64,000 nt of DNA from the NCBI GenBank assembly GCA_049517415.1, contig JBEKSC010000006.1, forward strand, positions 1 to 64,000, given 5' to 3'. Source of the stretch: Candidatus Bathyarchaeia archaeon. GTDB taxonomy: Archaea > Thermoproteota > Bathyarchaeia > 40CM-2-53-6. Under the pieces are notes generated by a model. It did no database searches. It was given only the letters and a program-made list of their open reading frames with translations, and was not told where the DNA came from. This document shows, piece after piece, positions 9,912 to 18,666 of the stretch. The position numbers were made by a program, and so were the translations under genes. How positions within the stretch are numbered: position 1 is the stretch's first letter; each line of letters begins with the position of its first letter.

Positions 9912-10835
9912 CTATCTGCGCGCCACGATTCGTTCAGTTTCTTGGTAGATTGGCAGCCCGTCCTTGGGGTCTGCTCGTACCTTTACGAATGCTTCCATAA
10001 TCTTTCTTGTTATAGGTCCTACTTTGCCGTCCGCGATTTCTATGCCCCTTACTTTAACGAGGGGGACTACTTCGGATAGCGTTCCGGTCAGGAAGGCTTC
10101 GTCGGCGTTGGTTACGTCGTATGGCGTAAGGCCTTTTTCGACCATTTTGTACTCTAAATCCCTAGCCAGCCTGATTATTCGCTTCCTCGTAACGCCCGGC
10201 AGAATGCCAGCAGTGGAAGGAGGTGTGAATATTTCGCCCTTTTTCACAATGAAGAGGTTCGTTGTCGTAGCCTCTGAGACGAATCCGTTTCGGTCCAGCA
10301 TGATCGCGTCGTCGGCACCAGCATCGACGGCCTCAAGTTTAGCGAGGACGCTGTTGAGATAATTCAAGGACTTTATCTCGTGCGTAGTGGCGTCGACGGC
10401 GTCGCGTCGAACCGAGGAGATAATTACTGATATTCCCCTTTGTTTTGCAATCGTGCCAAAGGCGGGGTCCGCATACTGGGTTATAATTATAACCGAAGCT
10501 CTGCGGCACTTTCTCGGGTCGACTCCCAAGTCGCCAACGCCTCTTGTAACGACCAAGCGAATGTATGCGTCCTTCAGGCCGTTCCGTTTGAGCGTTTCAA
10601 CCACCGCCCGCGTCATGTCTTCGGGGGTGAGCGGAATTTGGAGCCTGATCGATTTCGCGGAACTGTAGAGTCGTTCTAGGTGTTCTTTGAATTGAAAGAT
10701 GACACCATTGTACGCTCGTATTCCTTCGAATACTCCGTCACCATAGAGTAAACCGTGGTCGAAGACTGAAATTGAGGCGTGGGATTTCGGATTCCATTCC
10801 CCGTCTATGTACACAACGGGTTCCTTTACTACCAA
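9912..10835 (-). CDS. ilvE: Branched-chain amino acid aminotransferase
   Basis: LLYGDGVFEGIRAY, IKSLNYL, ILPGVTR. Confidence 0.95.
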   Translation of the reverse strand: MVVKEPVVYIDGEWNPKSHASISVFDHGLLYGDGVFEGIRAYNGVIFQFKEHLERLYSSAKSIRLQIPLTPEDMTRAVVETLKRNGLKDAYIRLVVTRGVGDLGVDPRKCRRASVIIITQYADPAFGTIAKQRGISVIISSVRRDAVDATTHEIKSLNYLNSVLAKLEAVDAGADDAIMLDRNGFVSEATTTNLFIVKKGEIFTPPSTAGILPGVTRKRIIRLARDLEYKMVEKGLTPYDVTNADEAFLTGTLSEVVPLVKVRGIEIADGKVGPITRKIMEAFVKVRADPKDGLPIYQETERIVARR

Positions 10836-11030
10836 GAACGGTCCCCGCCGGCCTACCCGTAGGATCGTATAAAATGGTTCCTTCGGCAGGTTTCAACGGC
10901 AAAGCATCAACCCACTGCCCGGTGGGCTAGGGGGCTGGTTTAACTCGCATTCAACCTTCGGGCGGAGTGCCGCGAAGAGAAGCTTCAATAAGGCAAATTA
11001 TACGGGCCAATGAACGTTCTCGGAACAAGT

Positions 11031-11128
11031 GGGCCGGTAGTTCAGCCTGGTTAGAAGACGAACGGTCTGGCCTGAACGTTGCCCTTACACGGCAAAGGTC
11101 GCCGGTTCAAATCCGGTCCGGCCCACCA
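11031..11128 (+). tRNA. tRNA-Val(TAC) with a 20-nt intron at 11055-11074 (D-arm, about 22/23); CCA encoded
   Basis: GGGCCGG/CCGGCCC acceptor stem, TTGCC-CTTACAC-GGCAA anticodon arm, GTTCAAATC T-loop; removing the insert restores D-stem GTTC/GAAC. Confidence 0.93.
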
Positions 11129-11164
11129 CACGACCAGTCCGGCCCATTCTCAGAGCAACGATAA

Positions 11165-11362
11165 GGATACCGACACTCAACAATCGAATCTCAAGTCAGC
11201 GCCCTGAGAAGCATAGCCCATCACGCAGACATAAACAATCCAGACGACGTAAAGAAATATCTAGCCAGACTACAGGTAACCGAGTCAAGAAAAGAAACAT
11301 TAGTGATTAGACTCAACCGATTCTTTAGGTGGAAGGGAATCAGGTGGGCACCGAACCGATAA
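11165..11362 (+). pseudogene. Probable N-terminal remnant of a tyrosine integrase beside tRNA-Val
   Basis: Start-less frame GYRHSTIESQVSALRSIAHHADINNPDDVKKYLARLQVTESRKETLVIRLNRFFRWKGIRWAP; resembles archaeal tRNA-linked integrase N-domains (from recall). Confidence 0.5.
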
Positions 11363-11436
11363 TTGCCCTGAGATACTTCCGGAGAGTATACATTCGAAGA
11401 CGAAAACACACTTCAGAAAGCGAAGATAGTTTCAGT

Positions 11437-11934
11437 CTATTGAACTTGATGAAAGTTCACAGGGAATATTATGGGAGGGCAAGCAGGCACGTCCAACTCC
11501 ACGACTGCGTTGGCCGCTATCACTCTCTCAGTCTGGATTTCGGAAATTAGGGACTCAGTTTGACCAACAGCGAAAAGGCGATTCACTGATGTCGTTTTAG
11601 AGAGGTTCTTGGTCACGACCGTGCCGTTCGGAAGGGTGACATTGACCAACGTTAACCTAACTTCATTGATAGCAAATTGTCTGCCCAGATTATTCGTAAA
11701 GGTGATGTTGATTATCATCTCGTATCCACTGTTGGTTAGCCGGACGGTGTTTTTGGTCGTCCAATCCCAATTCATCCGAGGGTCGTCAGATTTCGGACAT
11801 GCTTCTGGGATTTGTGTGGAGCTAATTGGACTGATTGTGTTGGTATTGCTAGTTGGTGTCTGATTTGATACGGAGTAGACCCCCCAAAGTGTGACAAGAA
11901 CTATCACAGCAAAGATGATGTATTTCTTCCTCAA
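11437..11934 (-). CDS. Hypothetical N-terminally anchored or secreted protein
   Basis: MRKKY plus hydrophobic helix, S/T/N linker, beta-rich body with many N-x-T/S sequons. Confidence 0.7.
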   Translation of the reverse strand: MRKKYIIFAVIVLVTLWGVYSVSNQTPTSNTNTISPISSTQIPEACPKSDDPRMNWDWTTKNTVRLTNSGYEMIINITFTNNLGRQFAINEVRLTLVNVTLPNGTVVTKNLSKTTSVNRLFAVGQTESLISEIQTERVIAANAVVELDVPACPPIIFPVNFHQVQ

Positions 11935-12499
11935 GGCTAGGCCTCGGAACTGGCTATTGAAAACGATTAGACGTACCCATAGAGGCCACTTAAGATTTTG
12001 TCAACTTATCTCCTTACAGTTCCGCAGAGAACTAAGGAATTGTATCGAAAGGTTTCCTGCTCGAGAGTTTGACTTCATTCTTCAGAAGGATGAATTAGGC
12101 TACTTCCGCAAGAGGAAGTAAAGCATCTGGGGAGTCGCTACATAGCCTTTCATACCTAATCGCTTTAACTAAGACGGGAAGATAATCGTCCGAAGACATC
12201 CGCATTATGCGCCTCGCAGTCACAATTTGTCGAGACGATAATTGGACTATTCCTATATCCTGACACCGACCCGCTTTGTCCAAGAGATTAGAAACTCTCT
12301 CTTGTATGTGGGGGTCTCGATTTCTAGGATGAACAGTCTCCTACAGACTAGCCCCGCTCACCCTGAATCAGGATTGAAGAGGTATGCAAATACAGTTTAA
12401 GGCTTGTACCGAACTCCTTATTACATATGTCATACTATAGCGGGTTCATAACAAAGGAGTGAAAAGAACAATGATAAATTTCGTGCAAGTCGTACTAGA

Positions 12500-12595
12500 G
12501 ATAGCTCACTTGGGTGGATTACACTACTTCCAGCCACAAATGATAGCTCATTTGGGTGGATTACACTACTTCCAGCCACAAATGATAGCTCACTT
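12500..12595. repeat. 42-bp tandem repeat, about 2.3 copies
   Basis: GATAGCTCAYTTGGGTGGATTACACTACTTCCAGCCACAAAT at 12500 and 12542, partial copy at 12584. Confidence 0.95.
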
Positions 12596-12696
12596 AGGCG
12601 GACTTCGCAACTTTCTGCCTTTCTAGGTTGAGTAGGTAACCCGTAACGAAAGGGCGCGTCGCCCTCTCCAATATTTTTTTCGTTTGGTAACGATAC

Positions 12697-12864
12697 TTAG
12701 CCAAGTCTGAGAATGTATAGTGCCAATCTGTCCCTAACTGAACCCACGATGGTGAACCATTCAGGTTTAGCGTAAAGCGTAGCGTCATCTGGTCCGGTCA
12801 GATTGTTTATTCTGACAACAGGAGTCTTTCCAATCAAATCCGTAACACCGTTGGCAAGGATCAT
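12697..12864 (-). pseudogene. Cysteine synthase (CysK/CysM-type) 5' relic
   Basis: MILANGVTDLIGKTPVVRINNLTGPDDATLYAKPEWFTIVGSVRDRLALY matches the IGxTP...YAKLExxNPxGSVKDR pattern; PLP Lys is Arg; stop after 55 aa. Confidence 0.8.
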
Positions 12865-13043
12865 TGAGATTGCGCCTATTCGAAATTGGAATAGCGCATG
12901 GTCAGCGAGGCATTAATAGAGTATTGACATCCCTATTCCCGTTAGACTTGCATTGAGCTTGAATTATTCTGATTGGAATAATGTTCTCATTCATGCCTTA
13001 ATATCGCTCAAGCAGCTGAGCGCTCTTCAAAGTGGGTTGATGG

Positions 13044-14276
13044 TTGTCGATGGGAACTGTGCAGACGTTAACGTGCCGTCGATGCAATAAGAGCATTCAA
13101 CCAATAAAGACGATTTCATGTCCTGATTGCTTTGCTCCATTAGACGTTCGCTATGACTACGATTCTATAAGACTCTCGCATAGCTCATTCAATTCGCGGC
13201 CGCGCACGTTGTGGAGATATGTCGAACTCTTGCCGATTAAAGACCCGAGAAACATTGTTGATTTGAACGCAGGCTTCACTCCACTTCATCGTTGTAGAAA
13301 CCTAGAGCGCCTTCTGGGCCTAAGAGAAGTGTACGTCAAAAATGATGGGTTGAACCCAACCAATTCCTTCAAAGATCGGCCGGCTAGTGTTGCTGTTTCG
13401 AAAGCCATCGAATTTCAGTCAAGTGCGGTGGGCGCCGTTTCGACTGGTAATCTCGCGGCTGCAGTCGCTGCTCACTCAGCTAAAGCTGGGCTTCCATGTT
13501 ACATATTCATTCCTGAAGGAATCGAGAGCGGGAAGATCGCCCAGATAGAAGCTTATGGGCCTAACATTTTTTCTGTAAGAGGAACCTACGATGATGCAAA
13601 TCGGCTGGCGTATTTAGCGTCCGAGACCTATGGTTGGGCAATTGCAAACATCACTATGAGGCCATATTATGTTGAAGGCTCGAAGACGATGGCATTTGAG
13701 ATCTGCGAACAATTAGGTTGGCGGCCTCCCGATCACATAATCGTAGCTGTTGGTAGCGGTGCACTTATGCGGGCTATTTGGAAGGGCCTTAATGAATTCG
13801 AACGCGTAGGCCTTACCGGAGATGCGAGCACAGCCATCCACGGGGCTCAAGCGGCTGGCTGCGCACCGGTGGCGAACGCATTCGAAAACGGAAGCGACAC
13901 GATCCGGCCCGTGGCAAAGCCGGACACCATAGCTAAGAGCATAGCGATAGGTGACCCAGGCGACGGAGCCTACGCCATCGAGGTTGCTAAGAGAACCGGT
14001 GGCACCGTAGGGAAAGTGACAGACGCGGAAATTCAAGAAGCCATAAGACTTCTCGCTGGCAAAGAGGGAATCTTTAGTGAACCCGCTGGTGCCGTAACCG
14101 TCGCCCTACTGAAAAAGCTCGTTGACGAAGGACGGATTCTTCCCGATGAAAGCGTTGTTTGCTGTATAACCGGAAACGGCTTGAAGTCTGTCGAGGCCGT
14201 CCAAGCATCCAAGGCACAGTGGCATACTCTCGATCCTACCCTTCCAGCACTTAACGCGCTAATGGCGAATAGGTGA
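13044..14276 (+). CDS. thrC: Threonine synthase-like PLP enzyme with N-terminal CxxC...CxxC
   Basis: NPTNSFKDR, STGNLA, EGSKT, ITGNGLK. Confidence 0.88.
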   Translation: MSMGTVQTLTCRRCNKSIQPIKTISCPDCFAPLDVRYDYDSIRLSHSSFNSRPRTLWRYVELLPIKDPRNIVDLNAGFTPLHRCRNLERLLGLREVYVKNDGLNPTNSFKDRPASVAVSKAIEFQSSAVGAVSTGNLAAAVAAHSAKAGLPCYIFIPEGIESGKIAQIEAYGPNIFSVRGTYDDANRLAYLASETYGWAIANITMRPYYVEGSKTMAFEICEQLGWRPPDHIIVAVGSGALMRAIWKGLNEFERVGLTGDASTAIHGAQAAGCAPVANAFENGSDTIRPVAKPDTIAKSIAIGDPGDGAYAIEVAKRTGGTVGKVTDAEIQEAIRLLAGKEGIFSEPAGAVTVALLKKLVDEGRILPDESVVCCITGNGLKSVEAVQASKAQWHTLDPTLPALNALMANR

Positions 14277-14279
14277 TTT

Positions 14280-14564
14280 GTGATGGGAAAAGTGAACGTC
14301 AAATTCTTCGGCGCAGCCATTGAAGCGGCAAAACGACAATCCGAGACGGAGGTCGACGCATCAAACGTGCGCGAACTCTTGGATAGACTGTCTGACAATT
14401 TCGGGGACTCCTTCCGGAAAAAGGTTCTTGACTCTCAGGGGAGGCCCCAATCGTTCGTTAATGTCTTTGTCAATGACAAGGACATACGCCACCTAAACGA
14501 CCTAGAAACACCGCTGAACGATGGTGACGAAGTGTTGATACTTCCCGCTGTCGCGGGAGGTTGA
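14280..14564 (+). CDS. MoaD/ThiS/SAMP ubiquitin-like sulfur carrier
   Basis: VNVFVND, C-terminal PAVAGG. Confidence 0.92.
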   Translation: MMGKVNVKFFGAAIEAAKRQSETEVDASNVRELLDRLSDNFGDSFRKKVLDSQGRPQSFVNVFVNDKDIRHLNDLETPLNDGDEVLILPAVAGG

Positions 14565-14573
14565 GAATTCCTA

Positions 14574-15764
14574 ATGCAAGAAATCACGGAACTCGTCCAG
14601 CAATCCATCGATCAATCTCGAATAATTGAGCTATCGAAGGAAGAGTTTCGTCGGTACGGCAGACACCTAATCATACCCGAAGTCGGTATGGAGGGCCAGA
14701 AGAAACTCAAGGCCTCAAGCGTGCTTTTGGTGGGCACCGGAGGGCTTGGATCACCGCTCTGCCTCTACCTCGCAGCCGCTGGTGTAGGCCGCATAGGGTT
14801 GGTGGATTTCGATCAAGTCGACTACAGCAACCTCCAACGTCAAGTAATATTTTCCGTTCGTAACGTTGGCCGGCCCAAACTTGAAGGAGCGAAAGACCGC
14901 ATACTAGAAATTAATCCCAACACCCAGGTCGACAGTTATGAAACTAAACTGACATCAGAAAACGCCCTGGATATCATCGGAGGCTACGATGTCGTAGTCG
15001 ACGGCACGGACAACTTCCCTACCCGATACCTTGTCAATGACGCGTGTGTCCTTTTAGGGAAAGCGAATGTTTATGGGAGCATTTTCAGGTTCGAAGGCCA
15101 AGTTTCGGTCTTCGACGCCAAACGTGGCCCATGCTACCGATGTCTCTATCCTGAGCCGCCGCCCCCAGGACTTGTACCATCATGTGCTGAGGGTGGGGTG
15201 CTGGGGGTCCTCCCGGGCGTCGTGGGAACACTTCAGGCTACTGAAACGATTAAACTGATACTTGGTAAGGGCGTTCCTCTTGTTGGCCGGCTACTCCTCT
15301 TTGACGCTCTGAACATGAAGTTCAGAGAGCTCAAACTACAGAAGGACCCCGACTGCCCCATATGCGGCCGGAACCCGACCATTAAATCACTAATTGACTA
15401 CCAAGCGTTCTGTGGTCTTGGCGGCAGTGAAGCTGCGTCACTCAACGAAGAAGATGAGATTACAGTAACGGAACTCAAACGCCTGATAGACAAAGGAGGT
15501 GTCAATCTGATCGATGTTAGGGAACCACACGAATACGAAATCTGCAGAATCGAAGGAAGCAAGCTCATTCCCGTAAGTGAAATCCCAAACCGTATCAACG
15601 AATTCAACCTAACAGACGAGTATATCTTCCATTGCCATACCGGCGTAAGAAGCGCTCGGGCAGTGAATCTCCTACGTCAGCTCGGCTTCAAGAAAGTCAA
15701 AAACCTGAAGGGAGGCATCGACGCCTGGGCAGATGAAGTTGACCCCTCAATTCCCCGATACTAG
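14574..15764 (+). CDS. moeB: MoeB/MoeZ E1-like adenylyltransferase fused to rhodanese
   Basis: RYGRHL, GTGGLG, SNLQRQ, CYRC/CPIC, rhodanese CHTGVRS. Confidence 0.93.
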   Translation: MQEITELVQQSIDQSRIIELSKEEFRRYGRHLIIPEVGMEGQKKLKASSVLLVGTGGLGSPLCLYLAAAGVGRIGLVDFDQVDYSNLQRQVIFSVRNVGRPKLEGAKDRILEINPNTQVDSYETKLTSENALDIIGGYDVVVDGTDNFPTRYLVNDACVLLGKANVYGSIFRFEGQVSVFDAKRGPCYRCLYPEPPPPGLVPSCAEGGVLGVLPGVVGTLQATETIKLILGKGVPLVGRLLLFDALNMKFRELKLQKDPDCPICGRNPTIKSLIDYQAFCGLGGSEAASLNEEDEITVTELKRLIDKGGVNLIDVREPHEYEICRIEGSKLIPVSEIPNRINEFNLTDEYIFHCHTGVRSARAVNLLRQLGFKKVKNLKGGIDAWADEVDPSIPRY

Positions 15765-15990
15765 CAATCAAGCGGAACTTTGGGCTCTTCACCGTAGATC
15801 GTTCGCTTTCGAAATCAGGTTCTTTCTGCCGGCTACCCAATAGAAATTGAAAATGGTCCCGACCGACGTTCTTGAGGATGACTTTTCGGCCTACGTTTGC
15901 GAAACCTAGAAAACCGAATTTAACGCTGCTAGGTTTGGGAAGCGTCTAATGAGGTCCCCATAATTCTATTCCTCATTCTATGGCGTGCAG

Positions 15991-17619
15991 TTAGGTTCGG
16001 ATGTTCTGCAGTAAGAGCGTGATTTGACTGTTCGCTAGCTTTGATGCAACCACGAGGACCGCGAATGCAAATATGAAGCCAAGAATCGCTAGTTGTGGTA
16101 GAATGATGCCGTATTCCATAACCGAGATTAGGATCGGCGCGGCGGTTAACATCGCTGAAACGATCGCGATCAGCATTCCCATTAGGGACCCCCAGACACC
16201 GACGTAGCGGCTGCGTATCATCTCACGAAAGTCAGGAAACCTCGTCCCGAAACACATTCCAATCGCTGACTCCTCAAACACAACTGCTACTCCCAGCGCA
16301 AGAACAAGCCAGAAGTAAGTCGCAAGGGATCTTAGCAGAAAACTCAACACCACTAGCATCCCCACGCCAAACAGCATGCCTAGGAGTATTGCAAACAGCA
16401 TCTTCGCCCTCAGAAGCCTACCTGCTTTCACAGGGGCGACGTAAAGGTTCCACACGGCGTATCCCTCCTGGCCTATGCTAGTCATCGAGAGGAGTCCAAC
16501 GAAAATTGCTATGGGGAGCAAGTACAGAGGGATGATGACCAACAATCCAGGCGCTTCGGGCATCGATTGATCCCCCAGGGGGAAGAGTGAGATGCCCATC
16601 GAGATGGCTAGGACAAAGGGAATCGCCAAGAACCTAGCCATCTCCCTCCTCCTCGTGAGCGAACGCAGATCCTTCCGAAGAATCGCCGATTCAGCTACTC
16701 CAATCAAAGGTAACCGGGAACCTAGGCCGCGAGCGTGATAGTTCTGCGGGGAAAGTTTGATTGAGACTGGAATTGGAACCCAGAACCTTGCGCGCAACTT
16801 AGTTGCCGCCGCGAATAACACAAGCGTGAAGAGTGCTGAGAGACTTGCAAATTCAAGAAATGTGAATATGTTGCCTTGGGAGACGCCGAGCACTGCAACT
16901 GAGGGCCAGAGTACAGGAACGAACCATGCAATTTTCACCGTTTGAATCACGCTCTGGAGAAAGTAGCCGATTATTTGTCCGTTGAAGAGCAACTGGACGA
17001 AGACGAGCATGATTATCGTCAGGGCGAGGCGGAAGAATATTCCAGAGCGTCCGCTCTTTTTGTAAAAGCTTGATGAGATACGGTTGGTTATTGTGTCCAG
17101 AACTTCAACGACGCAGGATCCAATTGCTAGGGCGGTTGTCGCCATCAAAGCTGCAGCAAGCCAAGCAGGAGCCATCCCGAGGATTAGTGCAGGTCCAAGC
17201 AACAAGCCCAGAAGAAGGCTGAGCATGAATGAGTAAATGTAGGATTCAGATAATGTGGAGGCCGCAACATATTCTGCGGGTGAGATTGGAAGCCAATTCA
17301 CGGTATCTGTATTCAGCGATTGGATTGGTTGGCTAATTTCGTACAGAACTCCGAAAAGGATGACGGCGGAGGCAATGCCCACGGGTACTCCTGCCAAAGC
17401 GGTTGCTTCGATACCGGTGACGGCTTCTAGGAAGAGTGGGGGGCCCTTCGAGAGCAGTAAATAGCCGGCTAGGCCGAGACCAACAAGCAGCACTAAGTCC
17501 ACTGCTAGGATTGTACGGGGTTCTCCGAATATTCGGGCCAAGGTCTTGCTTCGTTGAGTTCCTCGAATTTGAGAGCGTGTCAAGACGACGGCAAGCTTGT
17601 ACACCGTCTTGATTCTCAT
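15991..17619 (-). CDS. ABC exporter permease
   Basis: Polytopic membrane protein overlapping the ABC ATPase stop. Confidence 0.8.
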   Translation of the reverse strand: MRIKTVYKLAVVLTRSQIRGTQRSKTLARIFGEPRTILAVDLVLLVGLGLAGYLLLSKGPPLFLEAVTGIEATALAGVPVGIASAVILFGVLYEISQPIQSLNTDTVNWLPISPAEYVAASTLSESYIYSFMLSLLLGLLLGPALILGMAPAWLAAALMATTALAIGSCVVEVLDTITNRISSSFYKKSGRSGIFFRLALTIIMLVFVQLLFNGQIIGYFLQSVIQTVKIAWFVPVLWPSVAVLGVSQGNIFTFLEFASLSALFTLVLFAAATKLRARFWVPIPVSIKLSPQNYHARGLGSRLPLIGVAESAILRKDLRSLTRRREMARFLAIPFVLAISMGISLFPLGDQSMPEAPGLLVIIPLYLLPIAIFVGLLSMTSIGQEGYAVWNLYVAPVKAGRLLRAKMLFAILLGMLFGVGMLVVLSFLLRSLATYFWLVLALGVAVVFEESAIGMCFGTRFPDFREMIRSRYVGVWGSLMGMLIAIVSAMLTAAPILISVMEYGIILPQLAILGFIFAFAVLVVASKLANSQITLLLQNIRT

Positions 17620-18389
17620 CGGGTGAGTGCCTCGACGATATCGCGGGTATCAGATGTTCCTGTTAGTTTCAGAAAGACTTCTTCAAGCGTTGAGCCAGAT
17701 GCCCCTCCTTTAGCCCTAAGTTCCTCCGAGGTCCCTTCGGCCAAGATCTTCCCGTCATACATGATTACGATTCGGTCGCAAATGGCATCGGCTATTTCGA
17801 GAACATGCGTACTGAAGATGGTTGGAATGCCATCGTCCTTCAGTTTATGGATCAGGTCCTTGACTATGCGTGCGCTGCGTGGGTCCAAGGCATTGAGGGG
17901 TTCATCCAGAACCAGAATTTGTGGGCGGTGGAGTAGGCCCGCTATAATTGCCAGTTTCTGTTTCATCCCCTGTGAGTAACCATGAATCAGCTCGTTTTCT
18001 CGACCTTCTAAGTCTAGGGCCTTCAGGAACTCCGAGATCCGCTCTTGTTTTGCCTTGGCCTCAAGTCCGTGGACGTCGGCAACGAAGTCAAGGTACTCTA
18101 TCCCAGTCAGAAACTCGTACAGCCTGGGGCTTTCGGGCACGAAGCCAACAATTTTCTTGACCGCGATCGGGTCTTCGGCAACATTCACCCCTTGAACCAA
18201 GATGCTGCCAGCGTCAGGTTTCATGATCCCTACAATAATTTTCATTAACGTAGATTTCCCGGAACCATTTGGGCCTAACAATCCAAGAACCTGGCCACTA
18301 TCGACGGCGAAACTGACACCCTTCACTGCCCTTATGGTGCCGAAACTCTTGGCTACGCTGTCAACCTGAAGTGCTTTCACTAACGCCAT
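17616..18389 (-). CDS. ABC transporter ATP-binding protein
   Basis: GPNGSGKST, YSQGMKQK, VLDEP. Confidence 0.95.
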   Translation of the reverse strand: MALVKALQVDSVAKSFGTIRAVKGVSFAVDSGQVLGLLGPNGSGKSTLMKIIVGIMKPDAGSILVQGVNVAEDPIAVKKIVGFVPESPRLYEFLTGIEYLDFVADVHGLEAKAKQERISEFLKALDLEGRENELIHGYSQGMKQKLAIIAGLLHRPQILVLDEPLNALDPRSARIVKDLIHKLKDDGIPTIFSTHVLEIADAICDRIVIMYDGKILAEGTSEELRAKGGASGSTLEEVFLKLTGTSDTRDIVEALTR

Positions 18390-18477
18390 TTATCATCCGC
18401 CACCCTACTGATCTGTCCTTCCCGGTGAAACCGAAAGAGCTTAGAAAAACCTCGCGTTCCACCCTCCCGACCCAACG

Positions 18478-18654
18478 TTGAGCACCGCAGCGGCGCAGGA
18501 TTCGGAAACCAAACCATTATGCAACATACCGTTATGCGGCAGGGAAGCTGATTGGCAGGTCGAAATGTTCGGTAAAGTCGAGTATTACTGTGAGAGGCAC
18601 CGACCAGGCGTCCCCGAGAAATTCATGAACCGCCTCAAAAATCAAAGCTCCTAA
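18478..18654 (+). CDS. Putative 58-aa zinc-finger microprotein
   Basis: TTG start; ...PLCNIPLCGREADWQVEMFGKVEYYCERH... gives C-x4-C...C-x2-H. Confidence 0.6.
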   Translation: MSTAAAQDSETKPLCNIPLCGREADWQVEMFGKVEYYCERHRPGVPEKFMNRLKNQSS

Positions 18655-18666
18655 TCCATTTTCTTG

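Noticed and set aside
10967..11164. 65-aa ORF
   Set aside because: Runs through tRNA-Val(TAC); shadow ORF.
12500..12595. CRISPR array
   Set aside because: Units are contiguous with no unique spacers, and there are no cas genes in the window.
12594..12788. 64-aa ORF in the track
   Set aside because: Alternative frame of the cysteine synthase relic.
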